The notes: generated by a model from the sequence alone, not told the origin. DNA of 64,000 bases from Candidatus Bathyarchaeota archaeon (GCA_963780185.1 CAWABA010000011.1:128001-192000), one strand, 5' to 3'; numbered from the stretch's first letter, positions 1 to 10,982 are shown. Program-made: numbers and translations.

Positions 1-1700
1 GCCGCAAGACGGGCAGAACTTTGCGGGGTTTCGAAGTTGATTCCCGCAGTTGGGGCAGAAAACAGCCTTGGGCTGCGTAGCAACTGGTTCTTGAGGGAGC
101 GGAGATGCGTTTCAATGGTTTGCGCTATCGGCTTCTGGGGCTTTTCCATAACCTGTTGCGGACCGCTTTGATTAGCTGCCTTTTTACTTGATGTGGGAGA
201 TTTTCTGGTTTGTTTTCTTCGTACGGAAAGGAGTACCCCAGCTAACACAAAAGCAATTACCACAATAAGAAGCGCCAAGAACATGGGTTGAGACAGGAGA
301 CTCGGGTTGTCTGTTGTTGGGGGATTTGTCGGTGAGCGCCGTAATTGTCAGAGGGGACGCTGTAGGGGTTGGTATCCACCATTGATTTGTTGAAGACGAA
401 TCGTACGATGATAGGTGGGATTGCAGGTCAAGACTGGTAAATCCTGTGGATATTCCTGAGGGAAGCGTCAGCATCTGGTTTGCTAAAACGGTTATCGTGT
501 TGTTGGTGTACTGATCAACGAAGATGACGGAGCCGTCCATGACTTGGATTGTTGTCGAATCATTGGAGACCGTCACGACATAGTCGGTTCCCTCGCCCAT
601 AATTAATCCTTGGGGCACCTGAATAGGTCTCACGTCGTAGGTTCCTTCTTGTGGAGATAACTGTTCATGTATATACGCGATGCCTGTTCCCAGCAAGATT
701 GATCCCTCTACAACTGCTGCGGCGCCCAAAGCGGCTGGAAGCGTTTCACCTAGTACCAGCATGCCAAAGCCGATTTCTAAAGGAAGAGTTACTCCGACTT
801 GACCAAACTCTTCAGGATCTATCGCGGTGTCAGAGGAAAAAGAATCTATCGTGGGTGTTGGCACTATTGTGTAAGTTATGTTTCCTGTTACTGGATCGGT
901 TTGAGGCTCAGGATAAACCCAAAGTGCATGAGAGTTTGCCCCCAAATATACAGTTCCTCCCTGGTCAGGATAGCTGAAACCGATAATTCCGTCGCTGCCA
1001 GTCTGAACTTCTGCTCCTGCCCCTATTGACGTTTGAGTGGTAACTGGCGCGCCAGTGGCTGCAAGCCATGTTGTGCCTTGAACCTGTGAAATGCTGGCTA
1101 AATTGGTTGATGTGGGCAATGCAGGCGCGGGAGTCGGCGTGGGGGCTGGGGTTGGCGTTAGAACGGGCGGCATTGTGGCAGATGAGCCTGAGCGTAGAAC
1201 AATTATGCCGTTGATTTCTGTGGTTTCGGCGTTTCCAGTTAAAGTTGCGGTTATGATGTCGGTGGTGAAGGTGCCCGCTAAGTGTTCCGCAGTTCCTGTG
1301 CTTGCACCCATCTCGTCAGCTGCGAAACTTGCACTTGAAACCGTGCCGGAAAACGCAATTTGGTTAAATCCAACTGAGGGAACACCGTTATAGCCGTACT
1401 CGCTAAAGTATGCTGGGTCTGTAGTCGAGCTTAACTCGTTAATATTCAATACAATATTTATCGAGTTGCCGCTTTGAGTTATGATCATAGAGTATGTTAC
1501 TTGTACGTCATTCATCCGCAAGGTTGGGTCAAAAGAATCCATTTCATAATACGTTTCGGAATGGTGTTTTTCCATGTTCCTGTTAAATCTCTTGCTGGTG
1601 TTAGCGCATGCAGCGGCGTTATGAATGACGCAAAAAGCAACACCCCTAACAAGATTGGAGTGATGATTTTAAATCGGCTAACCGTTTTGCCTGCTAACAT
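1..1700 (-). CDS. Secreted/membrane-anchored protein: signal peptide, Pro/Thr linker, FecR-like domain, TM anchor, C-terminal double zinc ribbon (runs off window; ~3 frameshifts)
   Basis: ORF 1512-1700 gives the signal peptide and 184-1575 the body. Alternate frames give TM PMFLALLIVVIAFVLAGVLLSVRRK (~200-285) and FCPNCGNQLRNPAKFCPSCG (1-62). Confidence 0.6.
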
Positions 1701-1957
1701 GAAATTTATCTCAATTCTTCCCGTTTTGCATGTATTCTCTCTTCCGATAGCTGATTACCTTGTGTTTTTGAATATTAACCTTTAGTAAGCCCAAACTGAA
1801 TTAGTGCTATTCAACCGCTCAGTCTGATAACACCAAGCGACCCTTCCGATTTATGCCATCGAGTTAAGAAGTCTGAAAACATTCCTTGAGGCATTGAAAT
1901 CGTTTGGGGCAAAATATAAGGCGAGAGACCGTGCGATATACCCCGTAGGGAAGAAAG

Positions 1958-2179
1958 ATGTTTAGGAAATGCCCATCTTGCGGGCGTCGATTTCAGGCGA
2001 AAGAGGTTAAAAGAGAGGACCTCGGAGCATATGAGTTTCGAGAGCCAGACCGAAATGGCTTCAGACAAGGGCATGCCGAGAACTTCAGGGTAACCTTCAA
2101 ATGCCGAAGCTGTGGCCACGAATGGACAGAAGTGAGTGAAAAAGCACTCCATGACCATTTGAGACCTCCTAAACGCTAA
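1958..2179 (+). CDS. Small zinc-finger protein
   Basis: CPSC...CRSCGHEW, 73 aa. Confidence 0.7.
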   Translation: MFRKCPSCGRRFQAKEVKREDLGAYEFREPDRNGFRQGHAENFRVTFKCRSCGHEWTEVSEKALHDHLRPPKR

Positions 2180-2230
2180 GCATCACACATTTTTGAATGT
2201 GTCTTTTTCCGACTTAGTTGAGTGTTGATT

Positions 2231-2992
2231 TTATGAAGCCATTTTGTTAAGTGACCTTAACCCCCACATGAACACAAGGGTTGCAAGCACGCCGATTATG
2301 ACGAATCCCTCCACAATTCCGATGTTTGAAAAGCTCCCAGCAAATAGGTTGCGTGTAGCGTTGACTGCATATGAGAACGGGTTAATCTTCGCTATATCTT
2401 GGAGCCAGATGGGCGCCAGCGCAAGAGGAAGAATAATTCCTGACAGCAAAGAGACGGGCAGCGTTATCGTGTTTAACGTGGGCGCTAAGGCATCCTCAAT
2501 CTTGTAAATGAGGGCGAAACCGTACGAGATGGATGCCATGGTAATTCCGATTAAAGCATACAGAACAAGCGAGAGTGCGAACCCGTAAATGTTTACGCTT
2601 AGCCCAAACGGGATGGCTACTAGTGTAATCAGGGCGCATTGAAGAAGCAAGATGACTGCATCCCTTAATACTCTGCCTAAGAGGATGGCTGGTCGTTTCG
2701 CTGGGGTGACTAGGAACCGTTCTATGACTCCGCTTCTGATGTCGTCAATGAGTGAGAATCCGACAAAGGCTGTTCCGAAGAGCGCTTGCAGAACCAAAAG
2801 TCCAGGAATGAAAACGTCGACTGCTTTTCCAGACGGAATGCCTGGAACGCCGCCGAGGCCGTTTAGGAGCGGCATGAACAAAAGCAGGTACATTAGCGGC
2901 TGGAACATGCTTACGAAAACGAAAACTGGGCTCCGCAAGGTGTGCTGCATGTTGCGGATAAACATCAGTTTTGTGTCGCGTAAAAGAGTCAT
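2231..2992 (-). CDS. ABC-2 type exporter permease (DrrB-like)
   Basis: Six TM helices, GVIERFLVTP and INPFSYAV motifs, coupled to the ATPase. Confidence 0.9.
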   Translation of the reverse strand: MTLLRDTKLMFIRNMQHTLRSPVFVFVSMFQPLMYLLLFMPLLNGLGGVPGIPSGKAVDVFIPGLLVLQALFGTAFVGFSLIDDIRSGVIERFLVTPAKRPAILLGRVLRDAVILLLQCALITLVAIPFGLSVNIYGFALSLVLYALIGITMASISYGFALIYKIEDALAPTLNTITLPVSLLSGIILPLALAPIWLQDIAKINPFSYAVNATRNLFAGSFSNIGIVEGFVIIGVLATLVFMWGLRSLNKMAS

Positions 2993-3960
2993 TTTATCGT
3001 ATCCTCCCTAAGTGAACGACCAGTGTACTTGAGAAACACGTCGTCTAAACTTGGCCTCGACAAGGTTACGCCCTGCGCTTCCAAGCCGCTTGCGTCAAGC
3101 GACCGCAAAAGCTCAGGCATAATTCTCTCCCCATCCTTAACGGTTAAGTGCACTGCGCTGTTTTTGGTTTGAATTTTCTCCACCTTAACCTTCTCGGTTA
3201 ACAGCGTTTCAGCTTTGCGCGCGATTTCCTCCGACGCAAAACTAAACACTATCGTGTCGCCGCCAACCGAGCTTTTCAATTCACTTGGCGTTCCCGTCAC
3301 AATGACTTTTCCGTCATCGATAATCGCGATTATGTCGCAGAGCTTGTCCGCTTCATCCATGTACTGCGTCGTTAAGAAAATGGTGACTCCCGCATCTTTC
3401 AGCTTCTTAATTTCCCCCCACAGATAAGCCCTGCTTTGCGGGTCAAGACCCGTCGTCGGCTCATCGAGAAGAAGCAACTGCGGATGATGAATCATTCCCA
3501 GCGCAATGTCTAATCGACGCTTTTGCCCTCCGGAGTAGGATTGGGCTGGTCTTTCTATGAATGAGCTCATTTGGAAACGCTCCACAAACTCGGAGGCGTA
3601 TTTCTTGGCAGTTAAATCATCCAAACCGTAAAGTTGAGCTTGAAGAATCAGGTTTTCAACGCCTGTAGAAGACAGGTCTGCTCCGCCTGCTTGACTCACA
3701 CAGCCAATGTTCTGCCTAATCTGTTCCTGTTGCTCAGCCAAGTCATATCCGAGGACTTTGGCTTCTCCGCCTGTCGGGCACAACAGTGTGGAAAGCATTT
3801 TTTGGGTGGTGGATTTGCCGGCGCCGTTTGGGCCTAGGAAACCGAAGATTTCTCCTTTCCTGACGCTGAGGTCTATGCCTTTGACGGCTTCTACTTCTTT
3901 TTTGCCGCCTCTTCCCTTAGAAATGAAAGTCTTCCGAAGCCCTTTAGTCTGAATCACCAA
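2989..3960 (-). CDS. ABC exporter ATP-binding subunit (DrrA-like)
   Basis: Walker A GPNGAGKS, YSGGQ signature, LLLDEPT Walker B. Confidence 0.95.
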   Translation of the reverse strand: MVIQTKGLRKTFISKGRGGKKEVEAVKGIDLSVRKGEIFGFLGPNGAGKSTTQKMLSTLLCPTGGEAKVLGYDLAEQQEQIRQNIGCVSQAGGADLSSTGVENLILQAQLYGLDDLTAKKYASEFVERFQMSSFIERPAQSYSGGQKRRLDIALGMIHHPQLLLLDEPTTGLDPQSRAYLWGEIKKLKDAGVTIFLTTQYMDEADKLCDIIAIIDDGKVIVTGTPSELKSSVGGDTIVFSFASEEIARKAETLLTEKVKVEKIQTKNSAVHLTVKDGERIMPELLRSLDASGLEAQGVTLSRPSLDDVFLKYTGRSLREDTIK

Positions 3961-4250
3961 ATTTTCAGTCGTCTCAAGTCACCCATTGAATAATTCTTAC
4001 AAACCTTCTTCAGCCCCATACAAAAAACGTCTATTTAAGAATTCGCCGCAGTTTCCTGAGTTGACAAATGAGCTTATCCTGTACTTTTATAAGACTACCG
4101 ATTACGCGGGGAAGCCGTCTTTTGTCGCCTGCCTTGCTTTGCTTTACGTAATAAGGGTTGAGCATATGAACTCGCAATTCATAAGAGTTAAAGTTCACTT
4201 GTTTTCTAATTACATTCAATAATCATATCCTAAAGAGGCGAAAAAACCGA

Positions 4251-4682
4251 ATGAGAATAAAAAAGTTAATGCGAAACAAAAAAGCCTTCTCAGCAATAAT
4301 AGCTTCATTAATACTAATGCTTCTCGCAGTCGCAGCCGGAGTAGTAGTCTACGCATACGTTATGGGTTGGATCGGTGGAGCTCAGCAGACATCAACTCCT
4401 GGTACAGGCCGCTTGCAGATGGATTCAATAACAGCGACTAATTCAACAGCAAAAATAAATTTGTACGTTAGAAACACTGGCGGAGGAAGTCTTGTTCTTA
4501 GCAGTTTCTATGTACAAGGTGTAGCCGTAACACCAAGCAACACTTACAAAACAGCACTCCCAGTTCAAGGCACAGTTAACTTGCAGTTCAAAATGTCTAC
4601 GCTTAATACAGGCACATATTACACAGTCCAAGTCGTCTGCACTGACGGTACCACAGTCAGCACTTCAGTAGAGGCACGTTAG
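4251..4682 (+). CDS. Archaeal type IV pilin
   Basis: Class III signal peptide KKA/FSAIIASLILMLLAVAAG. Confidence 0.85.
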   Translation: MRIKKLMRNKKAFSAIIASLILMLLAVAAGVVVYAYVMGWIGGAQQTSTPGTGRLQMDSITATNSTAKINLYVRNTGGGSLVLSSFYVQGVAVTPSNTYKTALPVQGTVNLQFKMSTLNTGTYYTVQVVCTDGTTVSTSVEAR

Positions 4683-4722
4683 AAGGTTACCACCTTTTTT
4701 TAAAAAATGGAGCAGGAGTATA

Positions 4723-5163
4723 GTGTTCAAAAGACTACTGCGAGACAAAAAAGGTCTAGCTGAAATCGTAGGTAGCCTTATAATAATTTTAATAGTGGTC
4801 GCTGCAGGCGTTGTTGTTTACTCTTATAGCACAGGCGTTATTGGCTCGTCAAGCAGCAACTTGAATCTTCAAGCCACCACAAATGAACAGCAAGCCCAAG
4901 AAAGGTTTGAAATAATCAGAGTCTGGTCAAACATTAAAAGTCAACTTAACTTAACTATTCTGAATTATGGGCAGATAGACCTAACCATATGGAGCGTCTT
5001 TATAAACGGTACTATCGCCAACGTCAAACCGCTGACAATCGGTGTCGGGCAACTTGGCAACGTCTTATTGACATCGCCTTTAAAATTTCAACCAGGCTCT
5101 GATCTAAGTATTCTGGCGGTTTCAGAAAGGGGAGGAAAGACATCTATTGTTTACCAAGCGTAG
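4723..5163 (+). CDS. Archaeal type IV pilin-like protein
   Basis: KKG/LAEIVGSLIIILIVVAAG class III signal. Confidence 0.85.
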   Translation: MFKRLLRDKKGLAEIVGSLIIILIVVAAGVVVYSYSTGVIGSSSSNLNLQATTNEQQAQERFEIIRVWSNIKSQLNLTILNYGQIDLTIWSVFINGTIANVKPLTIGVGQLGNVLLTSPLKFQPGSDLSILAVSERGGKTSIVYQA

Positions 5164-6280
5164 CCGCGGGAAAAAGGGTGTTGGGTCAATCATAGGAGCA
5201 GTTTTTGTAATTCTCATACTTCTTTCAGGTTTCACTTTTTACGAAGTAGCTCTAAAAAACATGAACAGTTACACAGCCGTAATTGACTCGATGAATCAAG
5301 CGGATATGAATACAAGCCATGAAGAACTCCGCATAAATTCGATTCAAATAAGCAGCAACAACGAGCTTAACATGACAGTGCAAAATATCGGGTCAGTTCC
5401 TTCAATCATACTTTGGATCGGAATTTTTAATCAGTCAATGAATCCTGAAGGACAATGGTACTTCAGCGTTAGCCAGCAAATCGCCGCTGGTCAAACATTA
5501 TGCAACTTTACTTCTCCCTTTACAGTCACGCGAGGGCAACAATACACAGTGCAACTTGTGACCCAAAATGGCAACGTTTTTGATTATACACTTTATCCAG
5601 CAAGCCAAGCGAATCTTCATCTGACGCTTATGGCTGGTTCCCCAACCGTTTATCAAGGAAACAACGTAACGATGTTTCTAACAGTGACAAACAACAATGC
5701 AAACATCGCTGTTCAGAACATAGAGGTAAGCCTTGTAGCGGTACCTTCCAATTTAACTTTAGCCTTGGTATTCCCTGTCTCCCTGACTATAAATACACTA
5801 GGAGCCGGAGCAAGCGCCTTCTTCACTTGGACTTACAAGGCGACAAACATTGGAACAGTTCTGTTTAAAGCAACATACAATCAAGCACCACAGGGAGCCT
5901 TTACTACCTCGTCAGTCTCGATTTTAGCAGTTCCAACAGCTGCAGTTAATCAGGGACAAGTAATTATCACAGACGCCAACGCAACTGGAACAGTTATACA
6001 ATTCGGGGCTTGGCAAAACTACATCATAACTTCGACTTCTACCAGCGGAGCGCCGACACCATATGCATACGTTTCCATATATGCAAATGGAACAAGCGTA
6101 AACTTTGAAAATGCCCTTGATAATTCGAGCATAAACGACCCCGCGTGGGTGCAATTGGATTCAAAGGGAACATACCAGTTGAAGCTTCAAGCGACCAGTT
6201 CTTCTTCGCAGACGTTTACTATTTTCGCGTCGGTTGGGACAACCGTCGGGCAAAAGAGCATACTGCAGGAGGCGCCGTAA
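5147..6280 (+). CDS. Large minor pilin-like protein with Ig/CARDB-like C-terminal domains
   Basis: KKG/VGSIIGAVFVILILL class III signal, beta-rich N/T-rich body. Confidence 0.75.
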   Translation: MFTKRSRGKKGVGSIIGAVFVILILLSGFTFYEVALKNMNSYTAVIDSMNQADMNTSHEELRINSIQISSNNELNMTVQNIGSVPSIILWIGIFNQSMNPEGQWYFSVSQQIAAGQTLCNFTSPFTVTRGQQYTVQLVTQNGNVFDYTLYPASQANLHLTLMAGSPTVYQGNNVTMFLTVTNNNANIAVQNIEVSLVAVPSNLTLALVFPVSLTINTLGAGASAFFTWTYKATNIGTVLFKATYNQAPQGAFTTSSVSILAVPTAAVNQGQVIITDANATGTVIQFGAWQNYIITSTSTSGAPTPYAYVSIYANGTSVNFENALDNSSINDPAWVQLDSKGTYQLKLQATSSSSQTFTIFASVGTTVGQKSILQEAP

Positions 6281-6282
6281 TA

Positions 6283-7884
6283 ATGGCTAAGCCAAAGGAG
6301 AAAGCCACAGCAGCCACCGAGGATCAACACGGCGGAATTGTTTTTCTCGACCTTTTTAAGAGAAAAAACAAAGGAACTAATTTACCGCAACAGAAGCCCA
6401 GCATAATTGTCGCGGAGCAAAATGAGCAGACCCAATTCAAGGATTTCTACGCTGTTACCCCTCCATTCGGGCATGTAGGCATTCAATTTGACAACTCAAC
6501 TGGACGGCTGCTATACAGGGCTATCGAGCCCACAATGGATGCTCATGAGCAAGAAACGCTCTCAAAGCTGAAGAACATGCTTAGAGAAGAGACATGTATC
6601 TCACTTGCTGTCATACGAGACAAAAATTTGCTTGAAGCGTATCTTCTTGAAAGTATCAAAAAAATGGTCAAGAGATTCAAACTGGACGTTAAGAGTAACT
6701 CGCTTGAAAAATTCACTTATTATGTTAAAAGAGATTTCCTTGGTTATGGACCATTGGATGTCCTCGTGAAGGATCAAAACATCGAAGATATTAGCTGTAA
6801 TGGAACAGGGATTCCCATTTACGTGTGGCATCGGCTGTACGAGTCACTACCAACAAATGTTTCGTTTGCCTCAAGTGCTGAACTAGACACTTTCATAACT
6901 CGGTTAGCTTACCGATCAGGACACCAAATCTCAATTTCAAACCCTATCCTTGAGGGAGCACTTCCTGAAGGCTTCAGAATACACGTTACACTTGAAGAAG
7001 TCTCAAAGAGAGGAGGAACCTTCACCATAAGAAAGGTCCGAGCGAACCCATTCACCATCACCGACCTAATAAGTCTGGGAACCATGCCCACCAGTATCGC
7101 AGCATATTTCTGGACTCTTGTAGAAAACAAAAGATCAATCATTGCCTCCGGCGCAACAGCTTCAGGCAAAACAGGTTTTCTAAATTCCATATGCTCGTTT
7201 ATTCCGCCGGAAATGAAAGTAGTCACAATCGAAGAAGTTAGAGAGTTGCGCCTGCACGAAAACTGGATTCCAATGGTAACTCGACCGTCGCTTCAAGCAG
7301 GCATTCAAGAAGTAACTCTTTTTGACCTCTTAAAATCGTCTTTACGGCAGAGACCCGACTTTATAATAGTGGGTGAAATTCGAGGCGAGGAAGCCTTCAC
7401 TCTTTTCCAGAGTATAGCCGTGGGTCATGGCGGCATGTGTACCATCCACGCTGAAGATGTTGAAGCAGTGGAGAAACGGCTTTTGACCGAACCAATGAAC
7501 ATTCCACCAATGTTAATTCCAATGATGAATGTAGTTGTGCAACTAAATAGGACAAAATTCCGTGACCGAGTGGTCAGGAGAATAGCTGACCTGTCGGAGA
7601 TTACCGACAAAGGCGTTTTCAAGAAGCTTTATGAATGGGATCCAGGGGATGACTCATTCAATTTATCAGTTCCAAGTATCAAAGAAAGCGTTGCGTTAAA
7701 AAGAGTAGCCAAGACAAAACACATCTCCATCGAAGATGTTGTTGAGGATTTAGATAAAAAAGAGGTAATTCTGAAATGGTTGATGCAAAATAAAATTAGC
7801 GCTTACGAGCAGGTCTCAGAAATTATAAGAAAATACTATGTGACCCCAAGCGAGATTTTCAACCGAGCGAGGTTTGGATTGTAA
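6283..7884 (+). CDS. Type IV pilus assembly ATPase (FlaI/TadA/VirB11 family)
   Basis: GATASGKT, TIEEVREL, LRQRPDFIIVGEIRG. Start moved to ATG 6283, just after the upstream stop. Confidence 0.93.
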   Translation: MAKPKEKATAATEDQHGGIVFLDLFKRKNKGTNLPQQKPSIIVAEQNEQTQFKDFYAVTPPFGHVGIQFDNSTGRLLYRAIEPTMDAHEQETLSKLKNMLREETCISLAVIRDKNLLEAYLLESIKKMVKRFKLDVKSNSLEKFTYYVKRDFLGYGPLDVLVKDQNIEDISCNGTGIPIYVWHRLYESLPTNVSFASSAELDTFITRLAYRSGHQISISNPILEGALPEGFRIHVTLEEVSKRGGTFTIRKVRANPFTITDLISLGTMPTSIAAYFWTLVENKRSIIASGATASGKTGFLNSICSFIPPEMKVVTIEEVRELRLHENWIPMVTRPSLQAGIQEVTLFDLLKSSLRQRPDFIIVGEIRGEEAFTLFQSIAVGHGGMCTIHAEDVEAVEKRLLTEPMNIPPMLIPMMNVVVQLNRTKFRDRVVRRIADLSEITDKGVFKKLYEWDPGDDSFNLSVPSIKESVALKRVAKTKHISIEDVVEDLDKKEVILKWLMQNKISAYEQVSEIIRKYYVTPSEIFNRARFGL

Positions 7885-8766
7885 ATGTCAAAATATGATT
7901 TAACAAATCATGTTGTAGACGCTAGCTACAGGCTGTTCGGTCGCTGGGTGCCGAATATCCCAAGTTTCAAGAAAGATTACTATAGAAGTGGTCTCAAAAC
8001 CGCGTGTGAATCATACTTAGCATTAGCCATCTTCATCTGCACCAGCACGTCTATACTATCATTTACCTCTGGTTTACTGTTGCAATGCGCTCTTCATGTT
8101 CAGTTTACACAAAGTCTCCTTGGCGCATTTGTGTTGTCCTTCGTTTGCACGGTTATTTCTCTAGCTTGCCTAACAGCTTACCCACTTGTTCGGGCCAACA
8201 AAAATAAGAATGAAATTGACTCCAACCTGATCTACACTGTTGGTTACATGAGCGTGCTATCAGCAGGGGGGCTCTCAATCGAGCGAATATTCGATAGAGT
8301 AATAGAGGTTGAACCGAGAGCTTCAATAAAAGATTTGGCTTTAAGGTTTGCAACCAACGTTAAAATACTCGGGGCTGACGTTACCGCCTCGTTAAATGAC
8401 ATAAAAATGCGCAGCGCTTCAGACGTATTCTCAAAACTTATGTTAAGCATAATTAACACGTCCAAAACCAGCGGTGACCTAAAAAACCTCTTAGCCTTCG
8501 AAACCAACCATCTTCTGGCTTTAAAACGGGAGCAATTGAAAAAGCGACTAACAAGCATGGTGGCACTAGCTGAAATCTACGTTGCAGCGATGGTTATGGC
8601 ACCAGTTACTTTCATCATAATGATTACGTTGCTCTCTGTCCTAGGCGGCTCATCTTTTTCTATGTCACCAGTAACCCAACTTAACATGATTGTTTTCTTA
8701 GGTATACCCGCAATTTGTACGGTGTTCATCGTTTTCTTAGACGACGCCCTGCCCAAGGAGGATTAA
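7885..8766 (+). CDS. Type II secretion system F / TadC-like platform protein
   Basis: T2SSF-like hydrophobic/helical pattern, follows the ATPase. Confidence 0.85.
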   Translation: MSKYDLTNHVVDASYRLFGRWVPNIPSFKKDYYRSGLKTACESYLALAIFICTSTSILSFTSGLLLQCALHVQFTQSLLGAFVLSFVCTVISLACLTAYPLVRANKNKNEIDSNLIYTVGYMSVLSAGGLSIERIFDRVIEVEPRASIKDLALRFATNVKILGADVTASLNDIKMRSASDVFSKLMLSIINTSKTSGDLKNLLAFETNHLLALKREQLKKRLTSMVALAEIYVAAMVMAPVTFIIMITLLSVLGGSSFSMSPVTQLNMIVFLGIPAICTVFIVFLDDALPKED

Positions 8767-8767
8767 A

Positions 8768-9640
8768 ATGTACTTTAATAGGAACCTTAGGCTTGCAATC
8801 TGGATAGTATCGGTGGCAGTAGGCGTCTTGGTTATTCTATCTCCGCTTTTGTCTGGGTTATATCGTCCAACGGAGCCATACCTGATTCCCCTCAGCCAGA
8901 CAGTGGATAACGTCATTTCTTTTGGTTTCATAATTGCGATTGTTTTCCCCGCAATCGTTGAGTACAATAATTATCTCTGGGTTAGGCGCGTCGAGAGTTC
9001 TATCCCTCGGATGCTTAGAGACGTTGCAGAATCAGTCAGTTCAGGCGTAACCTTGCCTAAAGCTGTTGAGCAAGTCGCTGAGAAAGGCTATGGGCCGCTT
9101 TCAAAAGAACTTGAAAGGGTCATCGCCTTATTTGTGCTGGGCGCCAGTTGGGAAGAGGCTATCAACTCCTTAACTAAACATGTCGAGAGCCCATCGGTTG
9201 CAAGATTGGCAACAATACTCGTAGAAGCTAATCAGTCGGGGGGCAAAATAAGCGAGGTTTTGAACACAAGTGTCGAACTATTTTCCAACATCGACCAGTA
9301 CAAAGAAGAACAATTAAACAACATGAAACCCTACCTCTACACGATTTACGCATCCATCATCATCTTTTTAATCATTTCACTCATAGTTCTGCGCCAATTC
9401 CTAGTTCCCCTCGCAGCCTCAACAAAAAACCCGATTGCATCCAATCCCAACTCAATTTCAGTGTTAGACATTAACTACTACTCGTCAATTCTGTTCTGGG
9501 CATCTATGGTAGAATCTTTGTTCGGCGGCATAATCGCTGGCAAAATAGGAAACAGAAGTTACTCAGCGGGGCTAAGACACTCAGTTCTCCTTTCAGCTAC
9601 AACCATTGTTTTCTTCAGCATCATCGGAGGTTTTATTTGA
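8768..9640 (+). CDS. Second T2SSF/TadC-like platform protein
   Basis: IPRMLRDVAE..SG..L..A....YGPLSKEL motif. Confidence 0.88.
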   Translation: MYFNRNLRLAIWIVSVAVGVLVILSPLLSGLYRPTEPYLIPLSQTVDNVISFGFIIAIVFPAIVEYNNYLWVRRVESSIPRMLRDVAESVSSGVTLPKAVEQVAEKGYGPLSKELERVIALFVLGASWEEAINSLTKHVESPSVARLATILVEANQSGGKISEVLNTSVELFSNIDQYKEEQLNNMKPYLYTIYASIIIFLIISLIVLRQFLVPLAASTKNPIASNPNSISVLDINYYSSILFWASMVESLFGGIIAGKIGNRSYSAGLRHSVLLSATTIVFFSIIGGFI

Positions 9641-10662
9641 GGCTGAAAAATAATAAGCTGGTAAATTCACCAATAATAATAGATTCAAAACCAATCGATG
9701 ACAAGGCAACACATGACTTCCTAAGTGACCTTGTTAAAAGAGGGGTTTTAGAAATTAAGCCTTCTTTTGAGAAGTCAAGAATACGATACCCTGATGCTGA
9801 AGAATACTTTAAAAGCTCCAGTTTTACGACAATGAAGTATTCTCTTGATTTATTGGTCCGAGAAGGAATACTCAAAGAAAAAGCAGTTGATCGGGTTCTA
9901 ACTTGCCCAAACTGCAATTCGCCAGAAGTACATGCAAAGTTCGCGTGCCCCAAATGCGGCTCTGACAATGTAGGACTCACCCAGTTTCTTGAGCACAAAA
10001 TATGCGGCTACATCGGGTCCCGCAACGACTTCTTAAAAGTCAACAGCCTAGTTTGTCCACGATGCGGCACTGCACTTTCGGAGGCAGATGGCAGTTACAG
10101 AGGCATTGGCAACTTTTACGAATGCGAAAAATGTGACAACCGCTTTGATAAACCAGAGGTCATTCACATTTGCCAAAACTGCGGGAAAACCTCAACTTTC
10201 CAAGACATAAAATACACGAAAATTTCAACATACAGAATAAACGATGACGTTCTGCGTGAGCTCACTAGCGAGTTACCGCTGCTGGAAAACATGCGTAAAT
10301 TCCTTGAAAACGAAGGCTTCAAAGTTAAACTTCACAGCAAAATAACGGGAGTCTCCGGCATTCAATCAAGTTTCGACTTAATCGTCCAAAAAGAAAGCAT
10401 CCTGCTAGTTATTGACGTATCCTTAGAAGGCAACAAATGCGACATCATATCGTTCTTAGCCAAACAAATCGACATAAATCCCACAAAAGCCCTAATTCTT
10501 GACCTTTCAGGCGGCACTGAACTGGCGGCTCTGGGCAAGATCTACGGGCTGGAAGTTAAAGCTGTGGATAAAGTCAGCCAAGAAGTTCCAGCAGACTTTG
10601 CAACCTTAATTTCTAATCTCCAAGAGAAAAAAATTAAGGATTCTGGGGGCAAGCAGATTTGA
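9637..10662 (+). CDS. TackOD1-like multi-zinc-ribbon protein with C-terminal PD-(D/E)xK-like domain
   Basis: wHTH-like N-terminus; CPNC, CPKC, HKIC, CPRC, CEKC, CQNC; then ITGVSGIQSSFDL. Confidence 0.65.
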   Translation: MRLKNNKLVNSPIIIDSKPIDDKATHDFLSDLVKRGVLEIKPSFEKSRIRYPDAEEYFKSSSFTTMKYSLDLLVREGILKEKAVDRVLTCPNCNSPEVHAKFACPKCGSDNVGLTQFLEHKICGYIGSRNDFLKVNSLVCPRCGTALSEADGSYRGIGNFYECEKCDNRFDKPEVIHICQNCGKTSTFQDIKYTKISTYRINDDVLRELTSELPLLENMRKFLENEGFKVKLHSKITGVSGIQSSFDLIVQKESILLVIDVSLEGNKCDIISFLAKQIDINPTKALILDLSGGTELAALGKIYGLEVKAVDKVSQEVPADFATLISNLQEKKIKDSGGKQI

Positions 10663-10982
10663 TCCAGAAAACTAAATTTGACATGGATCTGCTGCAAGCG
10701 ATAGACGAAGCCCTAAGTGTCCTTGGAGAATCCAGCAGAAAAATCGTTTACTTCCACGTTGAAAACAAATACTTGATAAAAACCCAAGATATCCCCGAAA
10801 ACCCTGAACTTTTCATATTGGCCGTTAAAGCGCTCCTCGGAGTAGGCGGCGGAGCATATATTGAAACCTTGGTCTTAAAGAAAGTATGTGAAAAGTACAA
10901 TTTAGATTTCGAAAACCTCAAAAACAAGCAGTTTGAATTGGCTTTACCGGAAATTAGGCGACGAATCGCAGGGAAAATGTGA
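10659..10982 (+). CDS. NitrOD/DUF3227-like small helical output domain protein
   Basis: AIDEALSVLGESSRKIVYFHVE...IPENPELF...LLG pattern. Confidence 0.6.
   Translation: MIQKTKFDMDLLQAIDEALSVLGESSRKIVYFHVENKYLIKTQDIPENPELFILAVKALLGVGGGAYIETLVLKKVCEKYNLDFENLKNKQFELALPEIRRRIAGKM

Noticed and set aside
4251-9640. Archaellum operon
   Set aside because: No FlaH/FlaF/FlaG-like genes. Two TadC-like genes and short pilins indicate a pilus.
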